A stretch of 36,993 bases of DNA from Pseudomonadota bacterium (lineage in GTDB: Bacteria; Pseudomonadota; Alphaproteobacteria; Acetobacterales; Acetobacteraceae): the NCBI GenBank assembly GCA_021808185.1, contig JAKBCB010000001.1, forward strand, positions 1 through 36,993. Reading direction: 5' to 3'. Below, in pieces: positions 18,801 to 26,850 of the stretch. The notes under the pieces were generated by a model that saw only the letters and a list, made by a program, of their open reading frames with translations, was not told the origin of the DNA and did not search any database. Position 1 is the stretch's first letter. Each line of letters begins with the position of its first letter. The position numbers were made by a program, and so were the translations under genes.

Positions 18801-19187
18801 TGGTCGGACGAGCGGTTCGTGCTCGCCTGCAACGGGGTGGCGCTGCCGCTGAACAAGACCGATCGGGTGGGGGAATACGTGGCGGGCGTGCGCTTCAAGG
18901 CATGGCAGCCACCGAGCGCGCTGCACCCGACCATCGCGGCACAGGCGCCGCTGGTGTTCGACATCTATGATCGCTGGAGCGGGCGCAGCCTCGGGGGCCT
19001 CACGCATCAGGTCTCGCACCCGGGCGGGCGCAGCTACGATACATTCCCGGTCAACGCCAACGAGGCGGAAGCGCGCCGCCGCTCCCGCTTCGCGCCCATC
19101 GGCCACACGCCGGGGCCGATGCCGGAGCCGCCGCTGGTGGTGGGCAAGGAGCATCCGCGCACGCTGGATCTGCGCCGCTTCGCCTGA
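15879..19187 (+). CDS. Large transglutaminase-like protein fused to DUF2126 (putative amidoligase) domain, 1102 aa
   Basis: N-terminal bacterial transglutaminase domain (HRTSYRYDRP…IRLRP), catalytic GSCRD…HAWAEVYLPGAGWVGLD, then GGEPTF, TPDPGVIEVN, TGGGNH, NTHRTEFCIDK, VEFRAFEMPPH and FPVNANEAEARR. Start ATG 15879. Confidence 0.92.
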   Translation: MSIHAALTHRTSYRYDRPVTLGPQTIRLRPAPHARTAVLSYTLNIAPKPHFLNWLQDPQGNFLARVVFPEKVTHFDVTVDLVADMATINPFDFFLEPEAETWPFAYDPVLEQELAPFRKLEPAGPLLAALLAEVPRHERRTVDMLVELNNMVKARTAYIVRLEPGVWTPEETLGAGKGSCRDSAWLLVHLLRNLGFAARFVSGYLIQLVADVKPLEGPEGPAADFTDLHAWAEVYLPGAGWVGLDATSGLMAGEGHIPLAASPEPQSAAAISGLVEKAETTFDFEMTVRRIVETPRVTKPYTPKQWQDILATGARVDRALLAGDVRLTLGGEPTFVAATDQDAPEWNTDALGPTKRHYAGKLMRRLSRLWSPGAALQYAQGKQYPGEPLPRWALYSHWRADGEKVWLDPGLLADPDRDRGGATAADAAAFATALAERLQVDPGAILPAHEDVHYYLWKEHRLPANVVAEDTKLADPLERARMARIFAQGLASPVGSVLPLRAVGTDGTRRWASGKWFFRGDTMFLIPGDSPIGYRLPLDSLPWFDPEKQEHEFERDPFAERTPLPSQATLRRARGERPGLPFVAFPQSQQVAPDEWRDQPDAVRTALAIEPRGGILHVFYPPLFTAEDWLDLTAAVEATAAEFGRPIVLEGYLPPSDPRLLHFSVTPDPGVIEVNVHPATSWAEHVARTEQLYEEARQVGLATEKFMLDGKHVGTGGGNHVVMGSTKAEDSPFLRRPDLLKSLLGFWHNHPSLSFLFAGLFIGPTSQHPRIDEARDDAIAELEIAFSQVTPFKQVPPWLTDRIFRNILSDMTGNTHRTEFCIDKMYDPAGGSGRRGLVEFRAFEMPPHAQMSAAQMLLMRAAVAAFWQHPYERRMVRWGTRLHDEFMLPHYATQDFFDALEELSGWGVRLDPAWFAPHIEFRFPKIGEVAMHGVELELRNALEPWHVLAEDQVAGGTARYVDSSAERVQARVSGWSDERFVLACNGVALPLNKTDRVGEYVAGVRFKAWQPPSALHPTIAAQAPLVFDIYDRWSGRSLGGLTHQVSHPGGRSYDTFPVNANEAEARRRSRFAPIGHTPGPMPEPPLVVGKEHPRTLDLRRFA

Positions 19188-19261
19188 AGGCCGGCGGCAT
19201 GGTATGAGGACGAGGACCCGCTGTCGCGGCGCGCCGGTGCCGCGATCGGAGAACACACGCG

Positions 19262-20749
19262 ATGTGGCCGATGTCGTTCCGCGCCAAGCTGTGCCGCTGC
19301 CTCGGCGTGGGTGTCTGGGGGCTTGCCCTGCTGCTGGCCCTCGGCACCGTTGCGCCGTCGCTGGCGCAGCAACGGGTGGCACTGGTCGTCGGCAATTCCG
19401 ACTACCGTTCGGTGGGGCGCCTCGCCAATCCCGGCAACGATGCCAAGCTCGTGGCGCGGACGCTGAAGGCCAGCGGCTTCACGCTGATCGGCGGCGACGC
19501 GCAGCTCGACCTCGACAAGCCGCGTTTCGATGCCGCCGTCGAGCAGTTCGGCCGCGCCATCGCTGGGGCAGAGGCGGTGCTGTTCTACTATTCCGGCCAC
19601 GGATTGCAGGTGAACGGCACCAACTACCTCGTGCCGGTCGATGCCAACCCGACGCGCGCGCAGGACCTGGACTTCCAGATGGTCAGCGCCGACCTCGTGC
19701 TGCGGCAAATGAGCGGCAGCCGCACCAAGCTAAACATCGTCATCCTCGACGCCTGCCGCAACAACCCGTTCGGGGGACGCGGGCTGCGCTCGGCCGGCGG
19801 CGGGCTTGCCGAAATGCGGGCGCCGGAGGGCACGCTGATCTCCTACGCGACGCAGCCCGGGGCGGTGGCCAGCGACGGCAACGGGCGGGACAGCCCGTTC
19901 ACGCTCGCGCTGGTGGACGCGATGCGCCAGCCGGGCCTGGACATCTTCCGGCTGTTCAACCGCGTCGGGCTGGCGGTGAAGAAATCCACCGACGGCCAGC
20001 AGCAGCCCTGGCTGGCCGCCTCGCCGATCGAGGGGGAGTTCGCGTTCGCGCCTGCCGGCACGCCCACGCCTGTTGCACCTCCCGCGACGCCCGCCCCCGC
20101 GCAGTCCGCCGCCATGGTGCCGCCCGTGGCCGCTCCACCGGCGCGGCAAGGTCCGGCGACGGTGCCGCAGGGTCCGGCCGACGCCGGCTTCCGCTGCCCG
20201 GCGCCAGGCACCACGATCGCCGCCGAGGATGAGGTGTTCGACTGGAAAGGCGACGCTGTCACGGTGACGCGGCCGACCGGCACCTGGACGCTGCGCTCGC
20301 AGGGGGCCGATCCGGGCAATCCGGACCTTTGCATCTATTTCGGGCACGATGGGACCGTGCATCGGCTGGCCGACTGGTTCGACACCGACCTGTTCACGTT
20401 TCCCGACGACCCGACGCGGCCGATGCTTGCTTTGGTGCAGGGTCAGGCCGGCGCGATGATGGTTCGGTCCTCGCTGCGGCACCCGCCGCCGAACCGCATC
20501 ATCACGGTCTGGGAGACGACGTGGCGGCCGCACGGGCACGAAAGCCTTGCGATCGGCGGCCGGAGCTACGACACGCTCGTGTTCGACCTGACGCAGGGCA
20601 GCAACCTCAATTCCTTCACCGGCTCCGGCCGCGTCTGGTACGCGCCGGCGCTACGGCTGTTCGTGCGCTGGATGTGGAAAAGCTCGCGCGCCGACGACGT
20701 GTTCGGCTTCACCGTCACCGGCGTCTCGCTCCCCGGCACGACACCATGA
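19262..20749 (+). CDS. Secreted caspase-like (peptidase C14) protein with Pro/Ala linker and C-terminal beta-rich domain
   Basis: Signal peptide, RVALVVGNSDY, LANPGNDA, catalytic dyad YYSGHG and ILDACRNNP, YATQPG, SPFT and QQPW. Start could be ATG 19271. Confidence 0.92.
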   Translation: MWPMSFRAKLCRCLGVGVWGLALLLALGTVAPSLAQQRVALVVGNSDYRSVGRLANPGNDAKLVARTLKASGFTLIGGDAQLDLDKPRFDAAVEQFGRAIAGAEAVLFYYSGHGLQVNGTNYLVPVDANPTRAQDLDFQMVSADLVLRQMSGSRTKLNIVILDACRNNPFGGRGLRSAGGGLAEMRAPEGTLISYATQPGAVASDGNGRDSPFTLALVDAMRQPGLDIFRLFNRVGLAVKKSTDGQQQPWLAASPIEGEFAFAPAGTPTPVAPPATPAPAQSAAMVPPVAAPPARQGPATVPQGPADAGFRCPAPGTTIAAEDEVFDWKGDAVTVTRPTGTWTLRSQGADPGNPDLCIYFGHDGTVHRLADWFDTDLFTFPDDPTRPMLALVQGQAGAMMVRSSLRHPPPNRIITVWETTWRPHGHESLAIGGRSYDTLVFDLTQGSNLNSFTGSGRVWYAPALRLFVRWMWKSSRADDVFGFTVTGVSLPGTTP

Positions 20750-21267
20750 CGGGCGCGCCGACCGTGTTGGTGCTGATGGGCGTCTCCGGCTGCGGCAAGA
20801 CCTCGGTGGCCGAGGCGCTGGCGGCGCGGCTGGGCTGGGCGTTTCAGGAAGGCGACGCGCTGCACCCGCCGGCGAACGTGGCGAAGATGCGCGGCGGCAT
20901 GCCGCTGACCGACACGGATCGCTGGCCGTGGCTTGACCGCGTCGCGGCCTGGATCGACGCGCGGCTGGCCGCCGGGGAAAACGGCATCATCACATGCTCG
21001 GCGCTGAAACGCGCCTATCGGGCACGCATCGTCGGTGCCCGCGCGGGCGTGCGGGTGGTGCTCCTGCATGGCGCGCGTGCCTTGCTGGCCGCGCGCATTG
21101 GCGCCCGGCACCACGAATACATGCCGGCGAGCCTGCTCGACAGCCAGCTCGCGACGCTCGAACCGCCGGGGCCGGACGAGCACCCGATCTCGCTGGATGT
21201 GACGCCGCCAGCGGCGGTGCTGGCCGAGGCGATCATCGCGGCGCTGGGCCAAGACAAGGCAAAGTAG
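20746..21267 (+). CDS. gntK: Gluconokinase (GntK/IdnK family)
   Basis: MGVSGCGKT P-loop, EGDALHPPANVAKM, PLTDTDRWPWL, CSALKRAYR and MPASLLDSQLATLE. ATGA overlap with the upstream gene. Confidence 0.95.
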   Translation: MTGAPTVLVLMGVSGCGKTSVAEALAARLGWAFQEGDALHPPANVAKMRGGMPLTDTDRWPWLDRVAAWIDARLAAGENGIITCSALKRAYRARIVGARAGVRVVLLHGARALLAARIGARHHEYMPASLLDSQLATLEPPGPDEHPISLDVTPPAAVLAEAIIAALGQDKAK

Positions 21268-21270
21268 GCA

Positions 21271-21320
21271 AGGCGAGGGCTCCGCCCCTCGACCCCGCCA
21301 AGGGCGAGGCCCTTGGAACC
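21271..21320. repeat. Double-hairpin intergenic element (REP-like) between convergent genes
   Basis: CGAGGG-CTCCGC-CCCTCG (21274-21291) followed by CCAAGGGC-GAG-GCCCTTGG (21298-21316). Confidence 0.55.
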
Positions 21321-21330
21321 ACGCCCTTTC

Positions 21331-21708
21331 TCAGTCGCGCGGGTCGAAATTCGCGGTGAACGGCAGCGTGCCGCTGGTGAAATGGCCGTCGTCGCCCAGC
21401 ACCCGCCAGTGCAGCACATAGGCGCCGGGGATGAGGTCGGTGCGGACGGCCAGCACGCCCGGCGCGTGGCTATCGGCCCGGCGCAGCCGCGCGCGCGCGC
21501 CGTGCGGGCCGATCAGCGAGACATGCGAGCGGATGGGATCGATATGGCCGCTGAAGCGCAGCGTGATGTCGGTGGGACCGGCGGCAATGGCGGCATTGGC
21601 GGCGGGATCGCTGGCGAGCAGCAGGGCGCGGGCCTGCGCCGGCGCCGCCGACAGGGCAAGCGCGAGCACGAACGGAACCAGTCCGCTCAGGGGGCGTGGC
21701 ATGGACAT
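21331..21708 (-). CDS. CopC-family periplasmic protein (variant lacking N-terminal His)
   Basis: Signal peptide ending AQA, then (R)ALLLASDPAANA…PTDITLRFS…PGAYVLHWRVLGDDGHFTSGTLPF, the typical CopC pattern. Confidence 0.85.
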   Translation of the reverse strand: MSMPRPLSGLVPFVLALALSAAPAQARALLLASDPAANAAIAAGPTDITLRFSGHIDPIRSHVSLIGPHGARARLRRADSHAPGVLAVRTDLIPGAYVLHWRVLGDDGHFTSGTLPFTANFDPRD

Positions 21709-21826
21709 GGCGGCGGTGTATGCGCCCCACCCCGCGCCGCGCAACCGGGGCCGCGCAAGCGGGGGGTTGAGGCGGCGCGCCGCCATGGCCAAACTCGCCC
21801 CGCACCGCGCAGGGACGCCACCAACC

Positions 21827-22267
21827 GTGAACCGCAAGCCGCCAGCGAGCCGAACCGACTTCCGCGCCTTCCAGCCGATGCCGACACGCTGGATGGACAA
21901 CGACGCCTACGGCCACGTCAACAACGTGGTGTACTATTCCTGGTTCGACACGGTGGTGAACCGCTTCCTGATCGAGGCCGACGTGCTCGACATCGCCACC
22001 AGCCCGACGGTGGGCCTGGTGGTCGAAACAGGGTGCCGCTACCACGCTTCGGTCAGTTATCCGGACGAGGTGACGATCGGGCTGCGCGTGGCACGGCTGG
22101 GCACGAGTTCGGTGCGCTACGAACTGGCGGTGTTTCGCGCGGGCGAGGAGACCGCCTCGGCGGAGGCACATTTCGTCCATGTATACGTGGACCGCGCCAC
22201 GCAGCGCCCGGTGCCGATCCCGGACAACGCGCGGGCGGCGATGCGCGGGCTGCTGGTCGAGGATTGA
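21827..22267 (+). CDS. Acyl-CoA thioesterase (4HBT/YbgC hotdog family)
   Basis: TRWMDNDAYGHVNNVVYYSWFD, LGTSSVRY and HVYVDR. Start GTG 21827 or ATG 21785. Confidence 0.92.
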   Translation: MNRKPPASRTDFRAFQPMPTRWMDNDAYGHVNNVVYYSWFDTVVNRFLIEADVLDIATSPTVGLVVETGCRYHASVSYPDEVTIGLRVARLGTSSVRYELAVFRAGEETASAEAHFVHVYVDRATQRPVPIPDNARAAMRGLLVED

Positions 22268-22284
22268 GTTCGAAGGGGAAGAAC

Positions 22285-23082
22285 GTGGATCTGGAAGCCG
22301 AATACAACAACAGCGCGAAAGTCCCGAACGCGGCCGAGATCCGAGACGGCTGGATGCGCGAGGCCGAGGCGTTCCGTGCGGCGCATCCATCGGCGGAACT
22401 GGATCTGGCGTACGGGCCGAGCAAGCGGCAGGCGCTGGACATTTTCTGGCCGGGCGCGCCCGGCGCATCACCACTCGCGATCTTCGTGCATGGCGGCTAC
22501 TGGCGGGCCATGGACCGCAAGGTGTTCAGCCATTTGGCGCGCGGACTGCTGGCGCACGGTGTGGCGGTGGCGATGCCATCCTACGATCTGTGCCCGATCG
22601 TGACGATGGCGGTGCTGGTGGAGCAGGTGCGCGACGCGGCCGCGTTCCTGGCGCGCCGGCACGGCCGCGCGATGCTGGCGAGCGGGCATTCCGCCGGCGG
22701 GCATCTGGCGGCGATGCTGCTGGCGACGGACTGGACGGCGCGCGGGCTGCCGGCGGGGACAGTCAAGGCGGCGCTGCCGATCAGCGGGCTGTTCGACCTG
22801 CCGCCGCTGATCCACACCAACGTCAACGTCGAAGCGCGGCTGGACGAGGCGGAGGCGCGGCGGCTTTCGCCCATGTTCCTGCCATCGCCGGGGCTGCCGC
22901 TCCATGCCGTGGTCGGGGGCACCGAAGGCGTGGAATACACGCGCCAGTCGCGCGGGATCGCCGAGGCGTGGGGCGGGACGTGGGAGGCGACGGCGGGGGA
23001 GAACCATTTCACCGTGATCGCCCCGCTGGCCGATCCCGGCTCGGCGCTGGTGGCACGGGCGGCGCGGATGGCGGTTGCGTAG
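22285..23082 (+). CDS. Alpha/beta hydrolase, arylformamidase/HSL-like esterase
   Basis: EYNN, YGP, FVHGGYW, YDLCP, GHSAGGHL, ISGLFDL and NHF. GTG start after AAGGGG. Confidence 0.9.
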   Translation: MDLEAEYNNSAKVPNAAEIRDGWMREAEAFRAAHPSAELDLAYGPSKRQALDIFWPGAPGASPLAIFVHGGYWRAMDRKVFSHLARGLLAHGVAVAMPSYDLCPIVTMAVLVEQVRDAAAFLARRHGRAMLASGHSAGGHLAAMLLATDWTARGLPAGTVKAALPISGLFDLPPLIHTNVNVEARLDEAEARRLSPMFLPSPGLPLHAVVGGTEGVEYTRQSRGIAEAWGGTWEATAGENHFTVIAPLADPGSALVARAARMAVA

Positions 23083-23202
23083 GCTGCGACGCAAGATCTT
23101 GTGATCGTCGCGGAAAGCGCCACAGTGTTGCCGTGATATGGGTGTCTTCAGTACCGCCAGGATCGCCGCTGCACGCAAATCCTGCCACGGGAGTTGAGAC
23201 GC

Positions 23203-23346
23203 ATGACACTTACCATCGGGCATATCCAGCCCGTCGTAGCCCTGATCGCCGGGATTCTCATTTTGGTCGCGCCGAAGTTACTTAATTATATCGTGGCATT
23301 CTTCTTTATCGTTACCGGCATTCTGGGTCTGGGCATCCTGCGCTGA
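23203..23346 (+). CDS. DUF3096-family small membrane protein (47 aa)
   Basis: Below the track cutoff and translated by hand: MTLTIGHIQPVVALIAGILILVAPKLLNYIVAFFFIVTGILGLGILR*. The LIAGILILxxPxLLNYIVA signature is present, with a GGAG RBS. Confidence 0.85.
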   Translation: MTLTIGHIQPVVALIAGILILVAPKLLNYIVAFFFIVTGILGLGILR

Positions 23347-23355
23347 TGGCGGCGG

Positions 23356-24462
23356 CTACCACGCGGCTGTCAGCGCCGCGACCTCCTCGCCGATGGCCAG
23401 GGCCGAGGTTAGGCCTGGGCTTTCGATGCCGAACAGGTTGAGCAGCCCGGGCACGCCATGCGCGGTGGCTCCCTGGATGAGAAAATCCTGCTTCGCCACG
23501 CTGGGCGGGACGATCTTGGGGCGGATGCCGGCGTAGCCGGGTTGCAGCGCGCCGTCCGGCAGCGCCGGCCAATAGCGACGCACGGCATCGTAGAAAACGT
23601 CCCCCCGCGCCGGATCGACGGTGTAGTCGAGGCTGTCCACCCATTCCACGTCCGGCCCGAAGCGCGCCTGGCCGCCGAGGTCGATGGTCAGATGCACGCC
23701 GAGGCCGCCGGCAACCGGCACCGGATAGATCAGCCGGGAAAACGGCGAGCGACCGGCGAGGGTGAAGTAATTGCCCTTGGCCCAGTACGGGGTCGGGATT
23801 TTTTCCCCTGGCATGCCGGCGATGGCGCGGGCCAGCGCCGGGGCGTGCAGGCCGGCCGAGTTCACCACGAGGCGGGCCGACAGCCGCATCGGGTCGGCGC
23901 CGCCGACATCGAGCAGAATGCCGTCGTCGGTGACAGCGCCGCTGACGACCGGGCTGTGAAAGACGAAGATCGCGCCGGCCGCCTCCGCCTCGCCCTGCAT
24001 CGCCAGCATGTAGGCATGGCTATCGACGATGCCGGTGGAGGGCGAGAGCAGGGCGGCGGTGCAAACGAGGTTGGGCTCCAGCGCGCGCGCCTCGGCGGCG
24101 GAGAGTTCGCGCAGGTCATCGACGCCATTGGCGGCGGCACGGGCGCGGATGGTGGCAAGCTGGGCGTTTTCCTCGCCGCTGGTGGCCACGATCAGCTTGC
24201 CGCAGTTGCGGTGCGCCACGCCGCGCGACTGGCAGAACTCGTAAAGCAGCGCCTTGCCGCGCACGCACAGCCGCGCCATCAGGCTGTTGGCGGCGTAGTA
24301 GATGCCGGCGTGGATCACCTCGCTGTTGCGGCTGGAGATGCCGGTGCCGATGCCTTCGGCGGCTTCCAGCACCAGCACCTCGCGCCCGGAGCGGGCCAGC
24401 GCGCGCGCGACCGCGATGCCGACGACGCCGGCGCCGACCACCACGCACTCCACCTGTTCCAT
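23356..24462 (-). CDS. FAD-dependent oxidoreductase, L-2-hydroxyglutarate oxidase (LhgO)-like
   Basis: [53 protein letters not shown] and GIESPGLT. Start ATG 24462. Confidence 0.92.
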   Translation of the reverse strand: MEQVECVVVGAGVVGIAVARALARSGREVLVLEAAEGIGTGISSRNSEVIHAGIYYAANSLMARLCVRGKALLYEFCQSRGVAHRNCGKLIVATSGEENAQLATIRARAAANGVDDLRELSAAEARALEPNLVCTAALLSPSTGIVDSHAYMLAMQGEAEAAGAIFVFHSPVVSGAVTDDGILLDVGGADPMRLSARLVVNSAGLHAPALARAIAGMPGEKIPTPYWAKGNYFTLAGRSPFSRLIYPVPVAGGLGVHLTIDLGGQARFGPDVEWVDSLDYTVDPARGDVFYDAVRRYWPALPDGALQPGYAGIRPKIVPPSVAKQDFLIQGATAHGVPGLLNLFGIESPGLTSALAIGEEVAALTAAW

Positions 24463-24584
24463 CGCTTCCCCCGCGCCGTGCCCGTGGTATGTCGCTAGCA
24501 GCGCGGGTCCGGCGCGCGCAACGGGCACGCGGGCAAAATCGCCGCGCGAAAGTCACGGGATGACGCTGGCCGCGGGGTCATGTA

Positions 24585-24612
24585 GCGTCACGATTGTAAC
24601 AGTCCGTGACGC
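24585..24612. promoter_or_regulatory. Inverted repeat, candidate GntR-family operator
   Basis: GCGTCACG-ATTGTAACAGTC-CGTGACGC has perfect 8-bp outer arms and a TGT-A-ACA core. It sits in the divergent intergenic region just before the GntR gene. Confidence 0.45.
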
Positions 24613-24618
24613 AATTCG

Positions 24619-25383
24619 ATGTGCCCATCATCCCCTCGCCTGCCAGCGGCCGCGGCGTCGCATGGCGCCCTCGGCAAGCCGCCGAGCCGCACGGACCTGC
24701 TCGCGCGGACGCTCGCGACCGAAATCCTGGCCGGGCAGCACCCGGTTGGCGCGCTGCTCCCGATCGACACGAAGCTGGTGGCCGATCACGGCGCCAGTCT
24801 GGCGACGGTGCGGGGCGCGCTGCGCCAGGTGGAATCGCTCGGGTTGATCCAGCGCGGGCGCGGCGGCGTGGCGCAGGTGGTCTCGGGCGAGGTGCGCGCG
24901 ATCTATCGGGTCGCGGGCGCCGAGCCAGAGGGCGGAAGCTATCTGAGTGCCACCCAAGTGGCGGTCGATCGCCAACGCATCGTGACGGCGGACGCCGAAC
25001 TGGCGATGCTGCTGGAGGTGCGGGAAGGCTCCGAGTGGCTGCACCTGACGGGGCTGCGCCTGCCGGGCGATGCGAGTTTCGGCGCGGTGTCGTGGTGCGA
25101 CGCCTGGATCGGCGGCGCGGAGGCGGTGCCGGCGCGGTTCGATTTCAGCGCCGCGGCGCTGGAGGACCTGCTGGGCATCGCCATCGCCGAGGTGCGCGAG
25201 GACGTATCGGCCGCGCCATTGACGCCGCTCCAGGCGCGCCTGCTGCGCGCGCGCGGTGGCGGCTTCGCGTTGCAGATCATGCGCCGATTCCTGCGCGGCA
25301 ACGGCACTCTCATCGCCGCCGTCCGCGACGTGCATCCGGCGAGCCGCGTCGTCGTGACGGCGCGCGCGCGGCGGGCCGGCTGA
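24619..25383 (+). CDS. GntR-family transcriptional regulator (HutC/UTRA-like C-terminus)
   Basis: LARTLATEILAGQHPVGALLP…L…ASLATVRGAL..VESLGLIQRGRG is a GntR wHTH. The C-terminus resembles UTRA (WLHLTGLR…ALQIMRRF…DVHPASR). Start uncertain. Confidence 0.75.
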   Translation: MCPSSPRLPAAAASHGALGKPPSRTDLLARTLATEILAGQHPVGALLPIDTKLVADHGASLATVRGALRQVESLGLIQRGRGGVAQVVSGEVRAIYRVAGAEPEGGSYLSATQVAVDRQRIVTADAELAMLLEVREGSEWLHLTGLRLPGDASFGAVSWCDAWIGGAEAVPARFDFSAAALEDLLGIAIAEVREDVSAAPLTPLQARLLRARGGGFALQIMRRFLRGNGTLIAAVRDVHPASRVVVTARARRAG

Positions 25384-26265
25384 CTAGCGCATTCCGGTGG
25401 CGGACTCGCTGACCGCGCGCGGGTCGCGCGTGGGCCAGCGGGCGGCGTCCACCTGGGCGAGGAAATCGCCGACGATGCGGTTGAACCCGTCCGGGTCCTC
25501 CAGATTGATGGCGTGACCGCAATTCGGCATCACCGCCAGCGCGGCCGTCGGGATGTGCCGCTTCATCAGCACGCCCGGCAGCAGGCACGGCCAGTCCTCG
25601 TCGCCAGTGAGGATCATTGTCGGCACATGCAGCGCCGCCATCTCGTCGGTCAGGTCGTAAAGCGAAGGCCGGCGCCGCTGCACGCCGAGCTGGGTGTTGA
25701 CCGAGCCGAGCGGGGAATGCTCGGCCAGTTGGCGGATGAATTCAGCGAAACCGCGCGGGTCGCGCGCCTGGAACTGCACCCGGCTGGGGCCGACGGCGTA
25801 GCGTTCGGCGAAGACCTGCATGCCGTTGGCGCGGATGAACGCGACGACCGCGTCGCACTCCGCGAAGAAATCGTCGCGTCGTTCCGGGTCGGCGCCATAG
25901 CCGCAGCCGGCGACCGTCAGCGAGCGCGCGCGGGCGGCATGGCGGAAGCCGAAATGCAGCGTGGCGAAGCCGCCCATCGACAGCCCGACGATATGCGCGG
26001 TGGCGATGCCGAGATGGTCCATGACGGCGGCGATGTCATCGGCCGCGCGCGCCTGCGAATAGGCATCCGGGGTCGGCGGCACGTCGGAGGGCGGATAGCC
26101 GCGCGCATTGTAGGCGACACAGCGATAGCGCCGGGCGAAGTGGCGCAATTGCGGCTCCCAACTGCGCAGATCGCCCGCGAACTCGTGCACGAACACCACG
26201 GGCGTGCCGTGGCCGGTTTCCTCGTAGGCGAGTTTCACGCCGTCATCGGCGGTGGCATGCGGCAT
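25384..26265 (-). CDS. Alpha/beta-fold hydrolase
   Basis: VFVHEFAGD, YNARGYPPS, nucleophile GLSMGG, PTMILTGDED and GHAINLEDP. GGAGG RBS before ATG 26265. Confidence 0.92.
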   Translation of the reverse strand: MPHATADDGVKLAYEETGHGTPVVFVHEFAGDLRSWEPQLRHFARRYRCVAYNARGYPPSDVPPTPDAYSQARAADDIAAVMDHLGIATAHIVGLSMGGFATLHFGFRHAARARSLTVAGCGYGADPERRDDFFAECDAVVAFIRANGMQVFAERYAVGPSRVQFQARDPRGFAEFIRQLAEHSPLGSVNTQLGVQRRRPSLYDLTDEMAALHVPTMILTGDEDWPCLLPGVLMKRHIPTAALAVMPNCGHAINLEDPDGFNRIVGDFLAQVDAARWPTRDPRAVSESATGMR

Positions 26266-26326
26266 GGCGCCCTCCCTTCGGTCCGCCGCGACGATAGCAC
26301 GCGGGCGGGCGCGGTCAGGCCCTTGC

Positions 26327-26767
26327 CTACGCGCCCACGGCATCGTCTTCTGTGAGCTGGCAGCCGTCGATCTTCCAGGTGCCGTCTGTCTCGCGCTGCA
26401 TGATGTAAAGTGCGAGCGCCGGCCTGCCGTCCGGCCCGACGACGCGGACCTTCTGGACCAGTTGGCCATCGACCTCGACCAAAGCGCCGAACCGCGCCTC
26501 ACGCGGGCGATAGACCATCGGGTAGCCGGTGCGCACCATCGCCATGAACCGCCCGGCATCGCCGAACATTCCCTGGATGCCCGGCGAGGCATAGGCGAAG
26601 GCCGCCGGCGCGTCGTCCGCGCGGAATGCCTTCATCTGGTCCTGGATCACGGACTGGATCGCCTGCCGCTCGGCCGCCGGCAGGTCGGCCGGCGTCTCAT
26701 CGGCCCGCGCCGGCGCCCAGGGCGCGGCGAACAGCAAGACGAACAGCAACACCGCCAGCGCACGCAT
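26327..26767 (-). CDS. DUF4864-family secreted protein
   Basis: Signal peptide, IQSVIQDQMKAFRADD…AFAYASPGIQGMF…FMAMVRTGYPMVYRP…WKIDGC. GGAGG RBS before ATG 26767. Confidence 0.85.
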   Translation of the reverse strand: MRALAVLLFVLLFAAPWAPARADETPADLPAAERQAIQSVIQDQMKAFRADDAPAAFAYASPGIQGMFGDAGRFMAMVRTGYPMVYRPREARFGALVEVDGQLVQKVRVVGPDGRPALALYIMQRETDGTWKIDGCQLTEDDAVGA

Positions 26768-26850
26768 TGCACACCTCCCGGCCATGTCCGGGATGGAGAG
26801 TGGTGCGGCCGCGCTGCGGCGCAAGCCCGCCCGGTTTCAGGCGGGCTGTT

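Noticed and set aside
21313-22284. 589-aa ORF suggesting a long fused esterase
   Set aside because: The upstream part overlaps copC (antisense) and the thioesterase (other frame); the real esterase starts at GTG 22285 with an RBS.
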